Part shown: positions 1 to 9,995 of the stretch, in pieces
How the letters are laid out: each line of letters opens with the position of its first letter
Numbering within the stretch: position 1 is the stretch's first letter
Assembly (NCBI GenBank): GCA_031285625.1
Contig: JAITVV010000043.1
Coordinates: 81,080 to 145,079, forward strand
DNA length: 64,000 bases
Reading direction: 5' to 3'
From: Prevotella sp.
GTDB taxonomy: Bacteria > Bacteroidota > Bacteroidia > Bacteroidales > Dysgonomonadaceae
Notes under the pieces: model-generated
Databases searched by the model: none
Told to the model about the DNA's origin: nothing
Seen by the model: only the letters and a program-made list of their open reading frames with translations
Made by a program: the position numbers and the translations under genes

Positions 1-1
1 A

Positions 2-2620
2 TTAAACCGTATACCAAACTCTCTAACTGCCAGATCTGTGGCTGTGCAATCACATAATACGATCTTTACAGGTAGCTACGAAGAATTTGGCAGATGGGAT
101 CGGGATATTTCCGGAAAATTAATTTATACATCATTAAGCGATCAATTAGATAAAGCCCTTTTCAAAAATGATGATTTCTGGAAAATATGGATTGCCGAAG
201 ATTGTGTTTATTTTCAGTCTTTTTCGTCAATATACATATATGATTTCGAAACAGTAAAACCTTTGCGTGCCGAAAAAGAGTTCCTCTTCTTATCTAAGGT
301 CAGAGATGAGTTTTTGGTACAGCAAATGCTAGGACCTATTTATAGATTAAAAGGCTCAACTTTAACAAAAATCGAAGGAAGTGAAATTTTTCGTAATACT
401 GACGTTCGTGTAATATTACCCTATTCCACAGATAAATATTTGATAGGCACATCAACAAATGGAATCTATATCTATGATGGAATATCATTCAACGAATGGA
501 ATCCTCAATTATCAGCTACATTAAATTCGGCTGAGTTAAACTGTGGAATCAGAGCCAGTGACGGAACATATTTTTTGGGGACAATATTAAATGGCATTTA
601 TCAAGTTGACCAAAATGGTCATATTAAAGATAACATATCTACTGAAAGCACTTTACAAAACAATACAATACTTTCACTTTACGAGGATGATCTTGGAAAT
701 ATATGGGCAGCTTTGGACAAAGGAATTTCTTACATTCAATATATAGAAAATATAAGCTGCTATACAGATCAAAGAGGGAATACCGGAGCAGTGTACGGAG
801 CTGCTCTTTGGAAAGATAAATTATTCATAGGAACCAATCAAGGTGTTTTTAGCATAACTAAAGAAGACCTCAATAAACCTTATGCCCTATCAAGAATGAA
901 ACTGGTAAATGGTACACAAGGGCAGGTTTGGGCTCTCAAAGTTATTGGAGAAAAGTTATATTGTTGCCATAATAAAGGGTTGAAAGAGATACAGGCTAAT
1001 GGGGCATCTGTAGATGTGTACAACATAGGCACAGGTGTATATAATATATCCGAAGCTATTTACAAAGACAGGAGCCTGCTATTCTTGTCAACTTATCAAT
1101 CCCTAAAGATCATAGATAGAGAAACAAAGAAAGTATTTGATCCGCGTCAGATATCCGAACCAATAATAAATGCTGACGTAGATCATCTGGGAAATATATG
1201 GTTAGAACATTTCAACAGAGGGATATATCGTTGTAAACTTGAAGATAACCTGTCAGGCTTTCAGACATTTTCATACTATGGGGGTAGTAATAAAGATAAT
1301 CTGCCATATAAACTGAAGATGTTTAAAGTAGGCGGACGCATTGTGCTGTTGGGAAATAATAAATTCTTTACGTATGATGATATAGCCAATAAAATAATAC
1401 CTAATACGCTATTAGACGAATGTTTTAGGAATATTAAAAATCTAAAACAAGTAATCCATATTCAAAACAATATATTTTGGGCGCTTACCGATGCTTCGGT
1501 TTATAAATTTTCTTATGACGGATACGAAGCAAACATTCTTGAGAGTTATAATTTAGGGATGAATCTATCATTAGTAAACACCTACGAGAACATATCAATA
1601 TTAAATGATTCGACCAGCCTTATTTGCCTTGATAATGGCTTCTTACTTTATCAGAAAGAGAAAAGCACTTCTAATAACTATCAGCACAAACTGCCGCTCC
1701 CCTACCTTGCATCATTGGAAACGATGAGTACAAGTGGAGACGTCGAATATAAAGGTATATCTCAGGCTGCTCAGATACCATACGATTCCAATACTATATC
1801 ATTTAGTTTTTCTGCAGAAAACGCATTTGCTTCAAATTTCTCTTTTCAATATATGCTACAAAATGTAGATAATAACTGGTCGGCACCCGCAAAGATAAAT
1901 GAAGTAACATATGCTCGTTTACCTGAAGGTAAATATGTATTTATGATCCGCTCCGTTGATAATTTAGGAAATTACTCAGAAATCGTATCATATGAATTTG
2001 AGATATTGTCGCCATGGTATCAAACTATTGGGGCTTATATAGTATATATACTTATTTTTATAGCCATCATGTATGGAGTATGGTTACTAATACTTAGACG
2101 TTACCGTAATCTCCACCTACAAAAGATCAGACATCGTGAAACAAAACGTTTGAGAGCATTGACGGGTGAGCTTCAACAAGAAGTGGAACAGAAAAGTGCA
2201 GAACTACTCACTCAAACATCATTCATTATACAAAAGAATGAATTGATCTTAAAAGTAAAAGATATTATTGATGAATTTTACTCCCGGAATAAGAGCAGTG
2301 CCCTAATACCACTATATCAAAAGATAAACGCACTTCTCAACAACAACCTTAATACTGAAGATGACTGGAAAACATTTTTATTAAAATTTGAAGAAAAACA
2401 TACAGGGTTCTTTAAAAAAATGAAAGCATTATATCCTCAGTTAACCAACAATGACCTCCGGCTATGTGCTTGCTTAAAATTAAATTTAGAAACGAAAGAG
2501 ATAGCTTCGCTCATGAATTTATCAATAAGAGCTGTTGAAAACAGTCGATATAGATTAAGAAAAAAGTTAAATTTACTACCTTCCCAAAATCTGAATGAGT
2601 TTTTTCTTGATATCGATTAA
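2..2620 (+). CDS. Membrane-anchored transcriptional regulator: periplasmic beta-propeller + Y_Y_Y domain, TM helix, C-terminal LuxR-type HTH (5'-truncated by window)
   Basis: The frame is open from position 2, so the GTG at 38 is probably not the true start. It shows propeller repeats (LQNNTILSLYEDDLGNIW), Y_Y_Y (YARLPEGKYVFMIR), TM (PWYQTIGAYIVYILIFIAIMYGVWLLIL) and an HTH (LTNNDLRLCACLKLNLETKEIASLMNLSIRAVENSRYRLRKKL). No kinase or receiver domain is present. Confidence 0.85.
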   Translation, partial: LNRIPNSLTARSVAVQSHNTIFTGSYEEFGRWDRDISGKLIYTSLSDQLDKALFKNDDFWKIWIAEDCVYFQSFSSIYIYDFETVKPLRAEKEFLFLSKVRDEFLVQQMLGPIYRLKGSTLTKIEGSEIFRNTDVRVILPYSTDKYLIGTSTNGIYIYDGISFNEWNPQLSATLNSAELNCGIRASDGTYFLGTILNGIYQVDQNGHIKDNISTESTLQNNTILSLYEDDLGNIWAALDKGISYIQYIENISCYTDQRGNTGAVYGAALWKDKLFIGTNQGVFSITKEDLNKPYALSRMKLVNGTQGQVWALKVIGEKLYCCHNKGLKEIQANGASVDVYNIGTGVYNISEAIYKDRSLLFLSTYQSLKIIDRETKKVFDPRQISEPIINADVDHLGNIWLEHFNRGIYRCKLEDNLSGFQTFSYYGGSNKDNLPYKLKMFKVGGRIVLLGNNKFFTYDDIANKIIPNTLLDECFRNIKNLKQVIHIQNNIFWALTDASVYKFSYDGYEANILESYNLGMNLSLVNTYENISILNDSTSLICLDNGFLLYQKEKSTSNNYQHKLPLPYLASLETMSTSGDVEYKGISQAAQIPYDSNTISFSFSAENAFASNFSFQYMLQNVDNNWSAPAKINEVTYARLPEGKYVFMIRSVDNLGNYSEIVSYEFEILSPWYQTIGAYIVYILIFIAIMYGVWLLILRRYRNLHLQKIRHRETKRLRALTGELQQEVEQKSAELLTQTSFIIQKNELILKVKDIIDEFYSRNKSSALIPLYQKINALLNNNLNTEDDWKTFLLKFEEKHTGFFKKMKALYPQLTNNDLRLCACLKLNLETKEIASLMNLSIRAVENSRYRLRKKLNLLPSQNLNEFFLDID

Positions 2621-2751
2621 CAAATATAAAACTTTATAAAACTGCATATTACATTAATTTAAGTGGTAAAAGTGAGGTGCGAGTATTGTTAAAAAACGGA
2701 TGTAAGTGTTTACGATGTATTAACTTTTAAAAACACTTTATCTGCAATATC

Positions 2752-2759
2752 TACATTTG
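2752..2759 (+). promoter_or_regulatory. Bacteroidetes sigma70 -7 element (TACATTTG) upstream of susC
   Basis: Matches TAnnTTTG about 160 nt before the susC ATG. A GATGTA direct repeat lies upstream at 2699-2704 and 2714-2719. Confidence 0.5.
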
Positions 2760-2920
2760 ACAAAAATCTAATATCATACGCACAGAAAACGCCACGATTG
2801 TCAAAACCATCAGTTTATTGAAAAATACTTAAAATCCCTTTTTATAACAATCAGCCTTTTTCCTGTCGTTCATAGTAGATTTTTACTCGCAAAATGTGTG
2901 TTTAAATAAAAAGTAAGACT

Positions 2921-5900
2921 ATGAAAATTAAACCTAGAAATTCAAAGAATTCAATTTCTCTTTTCCGAAAGTATCTTGTGTTCTTCGCATGCTTCCTAGT
3001 ATTGGGGACTGCAAGTGCTTATGGACAGAGCAAGACAATTACCGGAACAGTCACAGACCAAGCCAATGAGCCTTTAATAGGCGTTAGTGTACGCATTCAG
3101 GGTACAACTACAGGTACCATTACGGATATAGATGGTAGCTATTCCATCTCTGCTAATCCAAAAGATGTTTTGGAATTTTCATTTATTGGTATGAAAGCCC
3201 AGTTAATTACTGTAGGTTCACAAAACTCAATAAATATTGTACTGGAAGATGATGCTACAATGTTGACAGAAACTGTGGTTATCGGTTATGGTACAGCTAA
3301 GAAACGTGACTTAACCGGATCTATAGCCAGTATCAAAGCCGACGATATAGCCAATCGCCCATCTGCCAATCCATTAGCTTCATTACAAGGAAAAGTAGCT
3401 GGTGTACAGGTAGTAAATACAGGTATTGCCGGTCAGGATCCTGAAATCCGTATTCGCGGTACGAACTCTATTAATGGATACAAACCATTATATGTTGTTG
3501 ATGGACTATTTAATGATAATATTAATTTCCTGAACTCTGCTGATATTGAATCAATGGAGATTTTAAAAGACCCGTCTTCTCTCGCAATCTTTGGTGTACG
3601 TGGAGCAAATGGTGTTATTATCGTAACAACTAAGAAAGCAAAAGAAGGCCAGACTTTAGTTAATATCAACACATCATTCGGATTCAAATCCGTTGTTGAT
3701 AAAATTAAGATGGCCAACGCATCTCAATTTAAAGAACTTTATTCAGAACAATTGGAAAATCAGGGAGCAGCAGCTTTCGATTATACCAACTGGAATGCAG
3801 ATACCAACTGGCAGGATGAGATATTCCAAAGCGGTTTCATCACAAATAATAATATCAGTATTACATCTTCTACCGAAAAGAACAAATTCTACATGGGTGT
3901 AGGTTATACATCTGAGGAAGGTAATATCAAACATGAGGAATATAGTAAGATTACGATCAACTTGAGTAGCGATTATAGTATCACAAAAGACCTGAAAGTA
4001 GGTTTCCAGTTTAATGGAGCCCGTGCTACTCCTATCAATACTGAACAAGGACTGTATACTAATGGGTTGAAAAACGCACTATATGCTGCTCCTATTGCAA
4101 CTCCATATAATGCACAGGAAGGATTATATAATACACTCCCTAGCTTCCAAAAAAATGAAGTATCAAATCCAATGAGTTTTGTTGAATTACAAAAAAACAC
4201 AAATAAAGTGATTGATTACAGAGCTTCTGGTAATATCTATGGGGATTTAACTTTCTTCAAGAATTTCAACTTCCGTGTAATGTACTCACTGGATTACAGA
4301 TCATATGACAGCAGATTATACACTCCTAAAAGAACTCTGTATGACGTAGACACACAACAATCTGTAGTAATGGGAGATGGTAAAACAGCAGTAGAACAAC
4401 AAAAACAAAATGAAACGAAGGTTCAGGCTGACTACTTATTGACTTATACAAACAGCTTTAACAACCACAATATTACAGCAACTGCAGGTTTTACTACATA
4501 TTACAACAGCTTATCCAGCGTTACAGCAAAACGTGGCGAAGGAAATGGTCTTCCTATAGCAAATGATCCGGACAAATGGTTTGTGAGCATCGGAGACCCG
4601 GATGCATCTACAACAGGTAGTACTCAATGGGAACGTTCTACAGTATCATTCCTATTCAGAGCATTATACAACTATAAAAACAAATACCTTTTTAATGGTT
4701 CATTCCGTCGCGATGGATCATCAGCATTCTTCTATACAGGAAATGAATGGCAAAATTTCTATTCTGTTGGAGCAGGTTGGGTAATGACAGAAGAAGACTT
4801 CATGAAAAATGTCACTTTCCTTGATTATTTGAAACTGAAAGGATCATGGGGAACTTTAGGTAATCAGAATATGAGTAGAGTATATCCTGCAGAACCAATT
4901 CTTACAAATACAACCTCTGCTGTATTTGGAGACAATATTATCCCGGGATATTCAAAACAATATCTTCCTAATGCAAACCTAAGATGGGAAAAAGTAGAAG
5001 CATGGGAGGCCGGTCTCGAAACTTATTTCTTAAGAAACAGATTAAACTTTGAAGGAGTTTATTACAAGAAAAATACGAAAGACCTATTGGCAGAAGTACC
5101 AGGTATAACCGGAACTACTCCTGGATTGGGTAATCTTGGTGAAATAGAAAACAAAGGAGTTGAACTTTCCTTATCATGGAATGACAAAATCGGATCTGAT
5201 TGGAGATACGGAGTAAGTGCAAACTTAACTACAATCAAAAATAAAGTAATATCACTGGTTCAGGATGGATATACAATTACAGATGGTACATCCGGTCTTC
5301 CAATGATGTCTTATACTCAGGCTGGTTACCCTATCGGATATTTCTACGGATACAAAGTTGATGGTATTTACCAATCAGATAACGATATTGCTAATTCTCC
5401 TGTAAACAAACTAACTACAGTACAACCTGGAGATCTTAAATTTAAAGATGTAAATGGTGACGGAGAAATCACAACTGCAGATAGAACACAAATTGGTAAT
5501 CCGACTCCGGATTTCACATATGGAGTTTCGGTGAATGTTGGATACAAGAATTTCGATCTGTCTGTTGATATGATGGGTGTTCAAGGAAACGAAATATATC
5601 GTACATGGAATATTTATGAATGGTCTCAGTTCAACTATCTTGAAAGCAGAATGGACAGATGGCATGGTGAAGGTACTTCGAATACCGAACCGATATTAAA
5701 CAGAAAAAGAGCAATCAATGGAAAAGATTATCCATCAGAATATTTTGTAGAAGATGGTAGCTTCTTCCGTATCAGAAACATACAATTAGGATATACTTTT
5801 GGTGCAGACATGTTGAAAAAACTAAGAATGAAATCCCTAAGAGTATATGTAAATGCTCAGAATCCTAAAACATGGAAAAACAATACAGGTTATACACCGG

Positions 5901-5992
5901 AAATCGGAGGATCTGCCACAGCATTTGGCATCGATTCTAATCCATATCCTATGCCTGCAGTTTATACATTTGGTTTAAATCTTACATTTTAA
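2921..5992 (+). CDS. susC: SusC/RagA family TonB-dependent transporter
   Basis: N-terminal carboxypeptidase-like domain (GTVTD..EPLIGVSV), VVIGYG, plug motif LKDPSSLAIFGVRGANGVIIVTTK, C-terminal YTFGLNLTF. Confidence 0.95.
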   Translation: MKIKPRNSKNSISLFRKYLVFFACFLVLGTASAYGQSKTITGTVTDQANEPLIGVSVRIQGTTTGTITDIDGSYSISANPKDVLEFSFIGMKAQLITVGSQNSINIVLEDDATMLTETVVIGYGTAKKRDLTGSIASIKADDIANRPSANPLASLQGKVAGVQVVNTGIAGQDPEIRIRGTNSINGYKPLYVVDGLFNDNINFLNSADIESMEILKDPSSLAIFGVRGANGVIIVTTKKAKEGQTLVNINTSFGFKSVVDKIKMANASQFKELYSEQLENQGAAAFDYTNWNADTNWQDEIFQSGFITNNNISITSSTEKNKFYMGVGYTSEEGNIKHEEYSKITINLSSDYSITKDLKVGFQFNGARATPINTEQGLYTNGLKNALYAAPIATPYNAQEGLYNTLPSFQKNEVSNPMSFVELQKNTNKVIDYRASGNIYGDLTFFKNFNFRVMYSLDYRSYDSRLYTPKRTLYDVDTQQSVVMGDGKTAVEQQKQNETKVQADYLLTYTNSFNNHNITATAGFTTYYNSLSSVTAKRGEGNGLPIANDPDKWFVSIGDPDASTTGSTQWERSTVSFLFRALYNYKNKYLFNGSFRRDGSSAFFYTGNEWQNFYSVGAGWVMTEEDFMKNVTFLDYLKLKGSWGTLGNQNMSRVYPAEPILTNTTSAVFGDNIIPGYSKQYLPNANLRWEKVEAWEAGLETYFLRNRLNFEGVYYKKNTKDLLAEVPGITGTTPGLGNLGEIENKGVELSLSWNDKIGSDWRYGVSANLTTIKNKVISLVQDGYTITDGTSGLPMMSYTQAGYPIGYFYGYKVDGIYQSDNDIANSPVNKLTTVQPGDLKFKDVNGDGEITTADRTQIGNPTPDFTYGVSVNVGYKNFDLSVDMMGVQGNEIYRTWNIYEWSQFNYLESRMDRWHGEGTSNTEPILNRKRAINGKDYPSEYFVEDGSFFRIRNIQLGYTFGADMLKKLRMKSLRVYVNAQNPKTWKNNTGYTPEIGGSATAFGIDSNPYPMPAVYTFGLNLTF

Positions 5993-6005
5993 AGAATAAA
6001 TTATT

Positions 6006-7526
6006 ATGAAACGAATTTTTAATAAATATATATATGCTGCAATAATTGCTATTTTAGCAATATCAGTTGTCGGATGTAGCGATTTCTTGGACAAGAGTCC
6101 TCAGGGAAGTTTTACTGAGGATGATGATACCAGCGGAGGTCTGGAAGCAAAAGTATTTGGTGTCTATTCAAAGATGAGAAGTTATAACATAACAGCCGGA
6201 ATACCTGCTTTTGCAGTACATATGTTCCGTTCCGAAGACTCGGAGAAAGGAAGTACAGAAAATGACGGACCCGATAATGCTGCTTTCTGGGACAACTTCG
6301 AATATACTCCTTCAAATGGTATATTAGGCACATACTGGAACCACAATTATTCAATTATACATGATTGTAATAATGTTATCGATACACTTCAAAAGATAAA
6401 TAATAAAGACTTTGCTAGCCTGGAAGCAGAAGCTAAATTCTTTAGAGCATATTGCTATTTTAACTTAGTAAGAGCATGGGGCGATGTTCCTAAAATTGAT
6501 TTCCCTATCAAAGATGCTTCTGAAGCAAATATACCAAAGAATACTGCTGCTGAGATCTATACACTGATTGATACTGACCTTACTTTTGCAGAAGCTAATC
6601 TGCCTCAATCTTGGGAAACAAAGTACGTAGGTCGTTTAACCTGGGGTGCTGCCAGATCTTTACATGCAAGAACATATATGATGCGTAACGACTGGGGGAA
6701 TATGCTTGCTGCTTCTAAAGAAGTTATCAATTCAGGCATATATAATCTGAATACAGCAGTAGATCAGGTATTTACAGATGCAGGAGAAAACTGTGGAGAA
6801 TCAATCTTTGAGCTACAATGTACATCTACTGCAGCTAAACCGGGAAGCACAGATATCGGTAGTCAATTCTGTCAGGTACAAGGCGTCAGAGGTGCAGGTC
6901 AATGGAACCTCGGCTGGGGATGGCACATGGCTACAAAAGAAGTAGCTAAAGCTTTTGAAGATGGTGACCCTCGAAAAGATGCAAGTCTGCTTTATTTTAG
7001 AAAACCGGGAGAAGAAATTACACCTGAAAACACAAATAAACCTTACGGAGAATCTCCTGTATCTGAAGCAATGGGTGCATACTTTAATAAGAAAGCATAT
7101 ACTAACCCCGCTATGAGAGCAAAATATTCAAGAGAAGGTTTCTGGGTAAATATTCGTATTATCCGCTATCCGGATGTTATTCTGATGGGTGCTGAAGCAG
7201 CTAACGAATTGGGAAATACTACAGATGCATTAAAATATCTGGAAATGGTAAGAGCTCATGCAAGAGGAGCAAGCACCAGCATATTACCGGAAGTAACTAC
7301 AACAGACCAAGTAGAATTGAGAAAAGCAATTCAACGTGAAAGAAGAGCGGAATTAGCTCTTGAACCGGATCGTTTCTATGATCTTGTACGTTGGGGTACA
7401 GCTAAAGAAGTATTACATGCTGTCGGTAAAACGAATTACCAGGATAAACATGCTCTTCTACCGGTTCCTCAGTCTGAAATAGATAAATCAAACGGTGTTT
7501 TGAAACAAAACCCGAATTATCAATAA
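6006..7526 (+). CDS. susD: SusD/RagB family glycan-binding lipoprotein
   Basis: Lipobox VVGC-SDFLD, EAKFFRAYCYFNLVRAWGDVP, RYPDVILMGAEA, ERRAELALE..RFYDLVRWG, ending QNPNY. Confidence 0.95.
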   Translation: MKRIFNKYIYAAIIAILAISVVGCSDFLDKSPQGSFTEDDDTSGGLEAKVFGVYSKMRSYNITAGIPAFAVHMFRSEDSEKGSTENDGPDNAAFWDNFEYTPSNGILGTYWNHNYSIIHDCNNVIDTLQKINNKDFASLEAEAKFFRAYCYFNLVRAWGDVPKIDFPIKDASEANIPKNTAAEIYTLIDTDLTFAEANLPQSWETKYVGRLTWGAARSLHARTYMMRNDWGNMLAASKEVINSGIYNLNTAVDQVFTDAGENCGESIFELQCTSTAAKPGSTDIGSQFCQVQGVRGAGQWNLGWGWHMATKEVAKAFEDGDPRKDASLLYFRKPGEEITPENTNKPYGESPVSEAMGAYFNKKAYTNPAMRAKYSREGFWVNIRIIRYPDVILMGAEAANELGNTTDALKYLEMVRAHARGASTSILPEVTTTDQVELRKAIQRERRAELALEPDRFYDLVRWGTAKEVLHAVGKTNYQDKHALLPVPQSEIDKSNGVLKQNPNYQ

Positions 7527-7553
7527 GATTGTTTTTTGTTATCACATTATTAG

Positions 7554-7583
7554 TAGTAAGGGCTAGTTGTATAGCCCTTACTA
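7554..7583 (+). terminator. Intergenic stem-loop between susD and GH3 (terminator or stabiliser)
   Basis: TAGTAAGGGCTA-gttgta-TAGCCCTTACTA, a 12-bp perfect stem with a weak U-tract. Confidence 0.55.
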
Positions 7584-7631
7584 ATTTAAGGTAAAAGATT
7601 AGTTTAGGTATCACAGAAATAAAAGGTAAAA

Positions 7632-9929
7632 ATGAAAGTAAGGCAATTATTAATGGTCTTTCTGGCTTCTTTTGCGATTATTGGCAATGTATATGGTCAG
7701 AGTAAAGACCCGAAAATGGACAAATTCATCAATGATTTGATGAATAAGATGACACTGGAAGAGAAAATCGGACAGCTTAATCTGCCTAGTTCAGGAGACA
7801 TAACAACAGGACAGGCTAAAAGCAGCAATATTGCTGAGAAAATAAAGAAAGGACAAGTCGGAGGACTATTCAATATAAAAGGAGTAGAAAAGATTAAAGA
7901 AGTTCAACGTGTTGCTGTAGAAGAAAGTCGTCTAAAGATTCCATTGATCTTCGGTATGGATGTTATCCATGGATATGAAACAGTATTTCCTATTCCATTA
8001 GGATTGGCTGCAACATGGGATATGGCTGCAGTTGAGCAATCTGCACGTATTGCAGCAGTAGAAGCCAGTGCTGATGGTATCTGCTGGACATTTAGTCCGA
8101 TGGTAGATATCTCCAGAGATCCTCGCTGGGGACGTTTCTCTGAAGGGAACGGAGAAGACCCTTTTCTTGGAGGAAAGATAGCTAAGGCAATGGTTCGTGG
8201 ATATCAGGGTGTAGGTGATAAAATGTATGCTTCAAACTCTAACATTATGGCTTGTGTAAAACATTATGCCCTATATGGAGCAGGAGAAGCCGGACGCGAC
8301 TATAATACTGTGGATATGAGCCGCATCCGTATGTTTAACGAATATATGTATCCATATCAGGCTGCAGTGGAAGCAGGAATTGGTAGCGTAATGGCTTCTT
8401 TTAATGAAGTAGACGGAGTACCTGCAACTGCTAACAAATGGCTGATGACTGATGTTCTACGTAAACAATGGGGCTTCAATGGATTTGTTGTTACCGATTA
8501 CACTGGTATCAGCGAAATGATTGATCATGGTATAGGTGATCTACAAACAGTATCTGCCCGTGCATTAAAAGCAGGAATAGATATGGATATGGTAAGTGAA
8601 GGCCTTTCAACAGTCGGAAAATCTTTACAAGAAGGAAAAGTAACACAGGCTGAAATAGATCAGGCATGTCGCCGTATTCTGGAAGCAAAATATAAACTGG
8701 GATTATTTACCGATCCATATAAATATTGCGATATCAATCGTGCAAAAACAGAAATCTTTACAAAAGAGCATCGCGATGTAGCTCGTAAGATAGCTTCTGA
8801 AAGTTTTGTATTATTAAAAAATGCCAATAATACCCTGCCTCTTAAAAAAGGAGGAACTATTGCTGTAGTTGGCCCGTTGGCTAATACGCGTTCCAATATG
8901 CCGGGTACATGGAGTGTTGCTGTAGATCTAACAAAACCTGCAACTGTAGTGGAAGGAATCCAGGCTGTAGCAGGAAATAATGCAAAGATTGTATACGCAA
9001 AAGGTAGTCACCTGATAAGCAATGCCAAATATGAAGAAAATGCAACCATGTTTGGACGCACTTTACATAGAGATCAGGAAAAACGTAGCGATGAAGAAAT
9101 GCTGAGAGAAGCATTAGAAGTTTCTAAAAATGCAGATGTAATAGTTGCTGCACTTGGCGAATCATCAGAGATGAGCGGTGAAGCCAGTAGCCGTACAGAA
9201 ATCGGTATACCTGATGTACAACAAGAATTACTAAGAGAACTCCTAAAAACAGGAAAGCCTGTTGTGTTAGTATTATTCACTGGTCGTCCATTAACCTTAA
9301 CATGGGAAAATCAGAATGTTCCTGCTATATTGAATGTTTGGTTTGGAGGTACAGAAGCCGCTCATGCTATAGGAGATGTATTATTTGGAGATGTGAATCC
9401 TAGTGGAAAACTAGTTGCTACATTTCCGCAGAATGTCGGACAAATTCCTTTATTCTATAACCATAAAAATACAGGTCGTCCATTAGGAGAAGGTAAGTGG
9501 TTTGAGAAATTTCGCAGTAACTATCTGGATGTAAGTAATGATCCTCTCTATCCTTTTGGATATGGGCTAAGTTATACTACATTCAATTATAGTGATGTAA
9601 AATTAAGTTCAACTACAATAAACAGTACAGGAGAATTAACTGCTACAGTAACCGTAACCAATACTGGCAAATACGATGGATATGAAGTTGTTCAGCTCTA
9701 TATACGCGATCTTGTAGGTAGTGTAACGCGCCCTGTAAAAGAGCTAAAAGGTTTTGAAAAAATATTTATTAAAGCAGGTGAATCAAAGAATATTAGTTTT
9801 AAGATTACACCGGAATTGTTGAGATTCTACAATTACGACCTTGATTATGTTTATGAGAAAGGTGATTTTGATGTAATGATTGGAGGGAATAGTCATGATG
9901 TTAAATCAGCTCGATTCACATTAAACTAA
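7632..9929 (+). CDS. bglX: GH3 beta-glucosidase (BglX-like), secreted/periplasmic
   Basis: Signal peptide, MTLEEKIGQL, DVIHG, RDPRWGR..EG.GEDP, KHYA, nucleophile in VTDY, and a C-terminal Fn3-like domain (EVVQLYIRD..RPVKELKGF). Confidence 0.92.
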   Translation: MKVRQLLMVFLASFAIIGNVYGQSKDPKMDKFINDLMNKMTLEEKIGQLNLPSSGDITTGQAKSSNIAEKIKKGQVGGLFNIKGVEKIKEVQRVAVEESRLKIPLIFGMDVIHGYETVFPIPLGLAATWDMAAVEQSARIAAVEASADGICWTFSPMVDISRDPRWGRFSEGNGEDPFLGGKIAKAMVRGYQGVGDKMYASNSNIMACVKHYALYGAGEAGRDYNTVDMSRIRMFNEYMYPYQAAVEAGIGSVMASFNEVDGVPATANKWLMTDVLRKQWGFNGFVVTDYTGISEMIDHGIGDLQTVSARALKAGIDMDMVSEGLSTVGKSLQEGKVTQAEIDQACRRILEAKYKLGLFTDPYKYCDINRAKTEIFTKEHRDVARKIASESFVLLKNANNTLPLKKGGTIAVVGPLANTRSNMPGTWSVAVDLTKPATVVEGIQAVAGNNAKIVYAKGSHLISNAKYEENATMFGRTLHRDQEKRSDEEMLREALEVSKNADVIVAALGESSEMSGEASSRTEIGIPDVQQELLRELLKTGKPVVLVLFTGRPLTLTWENQNVPAILNVWFGGTEAAHAIGDVLFGDVNPSGKLVATFPQNVGQIPLFYNHKNTGRPLGEGKWFEKFRSNYLDVSNDPLYPFGYGLSYTTFNYSDVKLSSTTINSTGELTATVTVTNTGKYDGYEVVQLYIRDLVGSVTRPVKELKGFEKIFIKAGESKNISFKITPELLRFYNYDLDYVYEKGDFDVMIGGNSHDVKSARFTLN

Positions 9930-9946
9930 ATGCTTTAAAAAACTGG

Positions 9947-9979
9947 AAAAGAGACTATCGATAGTCATAGTCTCTTTTT
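9947..9979 (+). terminator. Stem-loop between GH3 and GH144
   Basis: AAAAGAGACTAT-cgatagtc-ATAGTCTCTTTT(T). Confidence 0.55.
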
Positions 9980-9995
9980 ACTAAAAAGAAAGGAT

